From Chrysomallon squamiferum (taxonomy: Eukaryota > Animalia > Mollusca), in NCBI GenBank assembly GCA_012295275.1, contig CM022672.1, positions 6,262,001 to 6,326,000 of the forward strand: 64,000 nt of DNA, given 5' to 3'. Below are positions 61,001-64,000 of this stretch, piece by piece. The translations under genes were made by a program, and so were the position numbers. Each line of letters begins with the position of its first letter. Position 1 is the first letter of the stretch. The notes below the pieces were generated by a model. That model worked only from the letters and a program-made list of their open reading frames with translations. It did no database searches and was not told the DNA's origin.

Positions 61001-63436
61001 CCTTTCTAAGACACAATACTTGAGAACTTAATATTTCTTTCACACTTCCACCTACTGTAAATGTATTTGAGAGTTAAGTAAGGAGTATCCTGATATCAGA
61101 AATAACATGGAATTTGTGATCTAATTTTATCTTGACTCGCCATTAAAGGGTAAGCAGTTCTGAAATACATGTGAGGTGTTTTTGCTATTGCATTGTTCAG
61201 ATTTTAAGAAAACAGTAGTCATCAATATGATCTCTGATATGTAATTGTTACAGGTCTTTTCAAAGAATAAACAGCAACTGTATTATAATGCTGAATGAAA
61301 GGACATTTTCCCATTCTTTTTTTTTAAAAACAAAACAGGTTCAAAACATAGAAAAATAAAATAAAACATCTTCAGTACAACAATATAAAATATAATTAAG
61401 TGTATATATAAAAAAAGAGAACTAAATGTACCTCTCCTAGCCAGAACTCAATGTCCTTCACCCCAGCGTTGTAGGTTTGCTGTCGATTTGCCTCTTTCAG
61501 TTTTTCACTTTTCTCTGTGGACTTGCTGACCAGATCTTCCCACTGAGAGGCCAGACTGTCCAGTCTTGCCCGCACAGCATCCTCTGAGCCAGCACACTGT
61601 CGATTATCTATCAGATCTTTTAAAAAAACAAACACAAATATGAAATGTAAACATAGATATACATCATTATTTTTATTACTGTAGTATAAACAGACTATTA
61701 TGTATTAGCCCCTGGACATATAATTTCAGTCTTCTTGGATAATTTCAAGTTCAAAGTCAGTGTCATAGGGTATGTATACTTCCGTGTGTATGGGAAGGCA
61801 AATTTAAAAAATGGTTAGCTGTTGTTAACTGATAAAGAGCAGAATGCTGTAGTTAATTTTATTTATGCAACAAAATGTTAACTCACTGTTCCCTGTGGCC
61901 AGCAGTGCTTGCAGTCTGTCAGCGTTTGCAGCAAGTTCAGCCTCAAAGGCTTGGTGTTTCTGATGTTTGCTCTGAAATAACAAATCACTTTGAAACATGG
62001 ATTTGTAAGTCTAGGAGGATGTTTGGTTACTATTTCTTTTAAAAAGATTACTTTCGTGTTCATAAAGAAATTGATTAGAAGGTTTTTAAAATATTTTAAA
62101 ACCTGTTTGAACATAAATGCCAAAAAAAACAAACAAAAAAACATGCTTAAAATGCATGTCTTACAAAAATAGTAATTATAATTACAGATGATCATCAAAC
62201 ATGAATTCTAACTAACAATAAATTTCCTAGTGACAAATACAGTATTTTAACAGCTAAGATGTTTTGAATGATTACCTGAATGTTGGTAGGGTCTTTGTAC
62301 GATTCGTCACAAGCGATCTGCAACTTCTCCTGCAGCCAGTTTTCCATCTCATCAGCATCTCGTGAAAACTGCTGCAGGGTCTGAGCCTCACCCAGCTTGG
62401 AGCGATTTTCAATCAAAGCATCTTTTAGCTGAGACCATCTGTAGATAACAAATAAACCAGTTCAGTTGTGCTTTTATATATTTTACTCCTGGGTGGGTTT
62501 ATCTGACATAAAATTCATAAATTAAAAGTCAGAAAATACTTTTGAGAAACATAAATAATGATTTTTTTAGTAATAATAATAATAATAATTGAAATGAAAA
62601 TCTAATGGCTACACTATATTAACTGTTTTAAAAGCATGCAACAAACAGAAATAATTTAACCTGTCTAAGACTTGGTCCCTTTTTTCTGCTACAGCTGGTC
62701 CATCATAGTGGTCAGCAGCTATTAACTGGTCAGCAAATTGTTGCAGAGCATGAATTTTCTCTTCCTGAAACATTAGTAATAAAATTCAACTGTTAATAAA
62801 GTACATGTAAAACCTTTGCATCATTAATTTAGAAAATAGAAAAAGGTGACAAAATAACATTTAATGGTCTCATTACTTTTATTTAACAACAAATATGTAT
62901 AATGTTAAATAAGTCATATTCATGAATTCACTGATGTTCTTTTCTTTTTGTACAATTCATAAGTCATATGAAAAGCAAGCCTGTCCCTATTATTATTTTT
63001 ATTGTAACTAGTTACTAAATGACTATTCAAAATCTGAAGAAGTGTTTTTCAATTATTATTATTAATACTGTAACTAAATGACCATTCAAAATTTTGCCAT
63101 ACCTGTGAAATGTTTTTCTGTCATTATTGTTTATAAGTATATGACTATCTACTCAAAACACCAGTACACCTAAGAAGTGTTTTTCTGTTATCATTATTTT
63201 TATTTCTCTAGCTAAATGACTGTTCAGAATCTCAGCATACCTGAGAGTTGATGGCTCTGTCAAAGTCTTCGTGCTTCTTGATAAGTGTTTCCACATTGTC
63301 GCCATCCACTTTGTCACCAGCAAGGAAAGCTTCTCGAGATGCCATCCATGACTCAGCCTGTTCACAGTCTCTGTTGAAGAGCTGCAGCTCAAGACATTGA
63401 TCAAGTTTCATACGTCGACTGATCCAAGCCCTGTAA

Positions 63437-63487
<51 letters not shown>

Positions 63488-64000
63488 TAGTAATAATAAT
63501 AATAATAATAATAAATAATTTCTTAAAAATTAATGAAAAAAATAAAAATAAAATAATAGTAATAAAAAAATATATATATAAATATAAATAATATAAAAAT
63601 AAAATTAATGAAATTGTTCAAGAAGTCAAATACAAAATTAAAAGACAATAGTAATAAGAAATGTTAAGAAATTTCAGAACTCTCTAATTTTTCTCAATCA
63701 TCTAACAAAGATGTTCATTAAAAATATACAGATATATAGACATATACATAGATATATATATAAATGCTTAACAGAAACAATTTATAATTTTTATTATTAT
63801 TATTTTTATTTTATATGTTACTGCTTAATAAGTAAATGATTGAAATAACAAACATTATAGTCATATTACACGATATATATGTAAAACAGACAAACAGTTT
63901 CTCTTTTATATATATATATATATTGTTAAAACAGAAAACTGACTGTTCGAGCTCTTCTCTGGCCTTGGCAAGTTCCTCCAGTTTTTGCTGGACATCATCA
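51088..64000 (-). CDS. SPTAN1: Spectrin alpha chain (non-erythrocytic type), C-terminal spectrin repeats and EF-hands; 5' part outside window
   Basis: Exons: 63944-64000 (partial), 63241-63430, 62661-62764, 62276-62438, 61887-61971, 61432-61616, 60855-60959, 60442-60551, 60175-60273, 59798-59918, 59141-59395, 58611-58709, 58191-58350, 57659-57872, 57127-57316, 56649-56828, 56189-56301, 53952-54006, 53506-53600, 52512-52667, 52156-52302, 51582-51729, 51088-51213. Motifs [69 protein letters not shown]. Confidence 0.97.
55419..55436 (-). CDS. SPTAN1: 18-nt cassette microexon of alpha-spectrin encoding LWLLDG
   Basis: Minus strand: pyrimidine tract...cacatag|GCTTTGGCTTCTCGATGG|gttatt; phase 2-2 like the host intron 54007-56188; gives [17 protein letters not shown] versus vertebrate ETR-TYLLDG-SCMVEESG. 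Confidence 0.85.
60552..60854 (-). other. Non-canonical GC-AG intron in alpha-spectrin
   Basis: GAG|gcatgt donor; needed to give conserved AHE-DRIKDL in phase 0. The nearest GT (4 nt further) would shift the frame. Confidence 0.85.
63015..63245. repeat. Degenerate tandem repeat overlapping a spectrin splice donor
   Basis: ctaaatgac..ttca.aat at 63015, 63074 and 63212; catacctg (minus: CAG|gtatg) at both 63098 and 63236. Confidence 0.7.

Overview
This is very AT-rich, microsatellite-dense eukaryotic (animal) genomic DNA. It is probably from a lophotrochozoan such as a mollusc, an inference from protein divergence and repeat style that the sequence cannot prove. I reconstructed five intron-containing genes by hand with consistent splice phases: (1) a choline transporter-like SLC44A2/4/5-type gene (minus strand, 14 exons in window, 3' end runs off the left edge); (2) medium-chain acyl-CoA dehydrogenase ACADM (minus, 13 exons, 417 aa); (3) ESCRT-I subunit MVB12 (plus, 9 coding exons, 274 aa), head-to-head with ACADM; (4) TRIM45 (minus, 5 exons, 616 aa); (5) the 3' part of alpha-spectrin (minus, 23 exons plus a hidden microexon). 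Most short ORFs in the supplied track are microsatellite artefacts. I see no CRISPR array, prokaryotic defence system, RNA gene or autonomous transposon, and no evidence of a wholly new system. The most interesting signals concern splicing: an 18-nt alpha-spectrin microexon (LWLLDG) matching the vertebrate alternatively spliced TYLLDG segment, a U12 minor-spliceosome intron in the SLC44A gene, a GC-AG intron in spectrin, and three separate tandem duplications that copy real splice sites.
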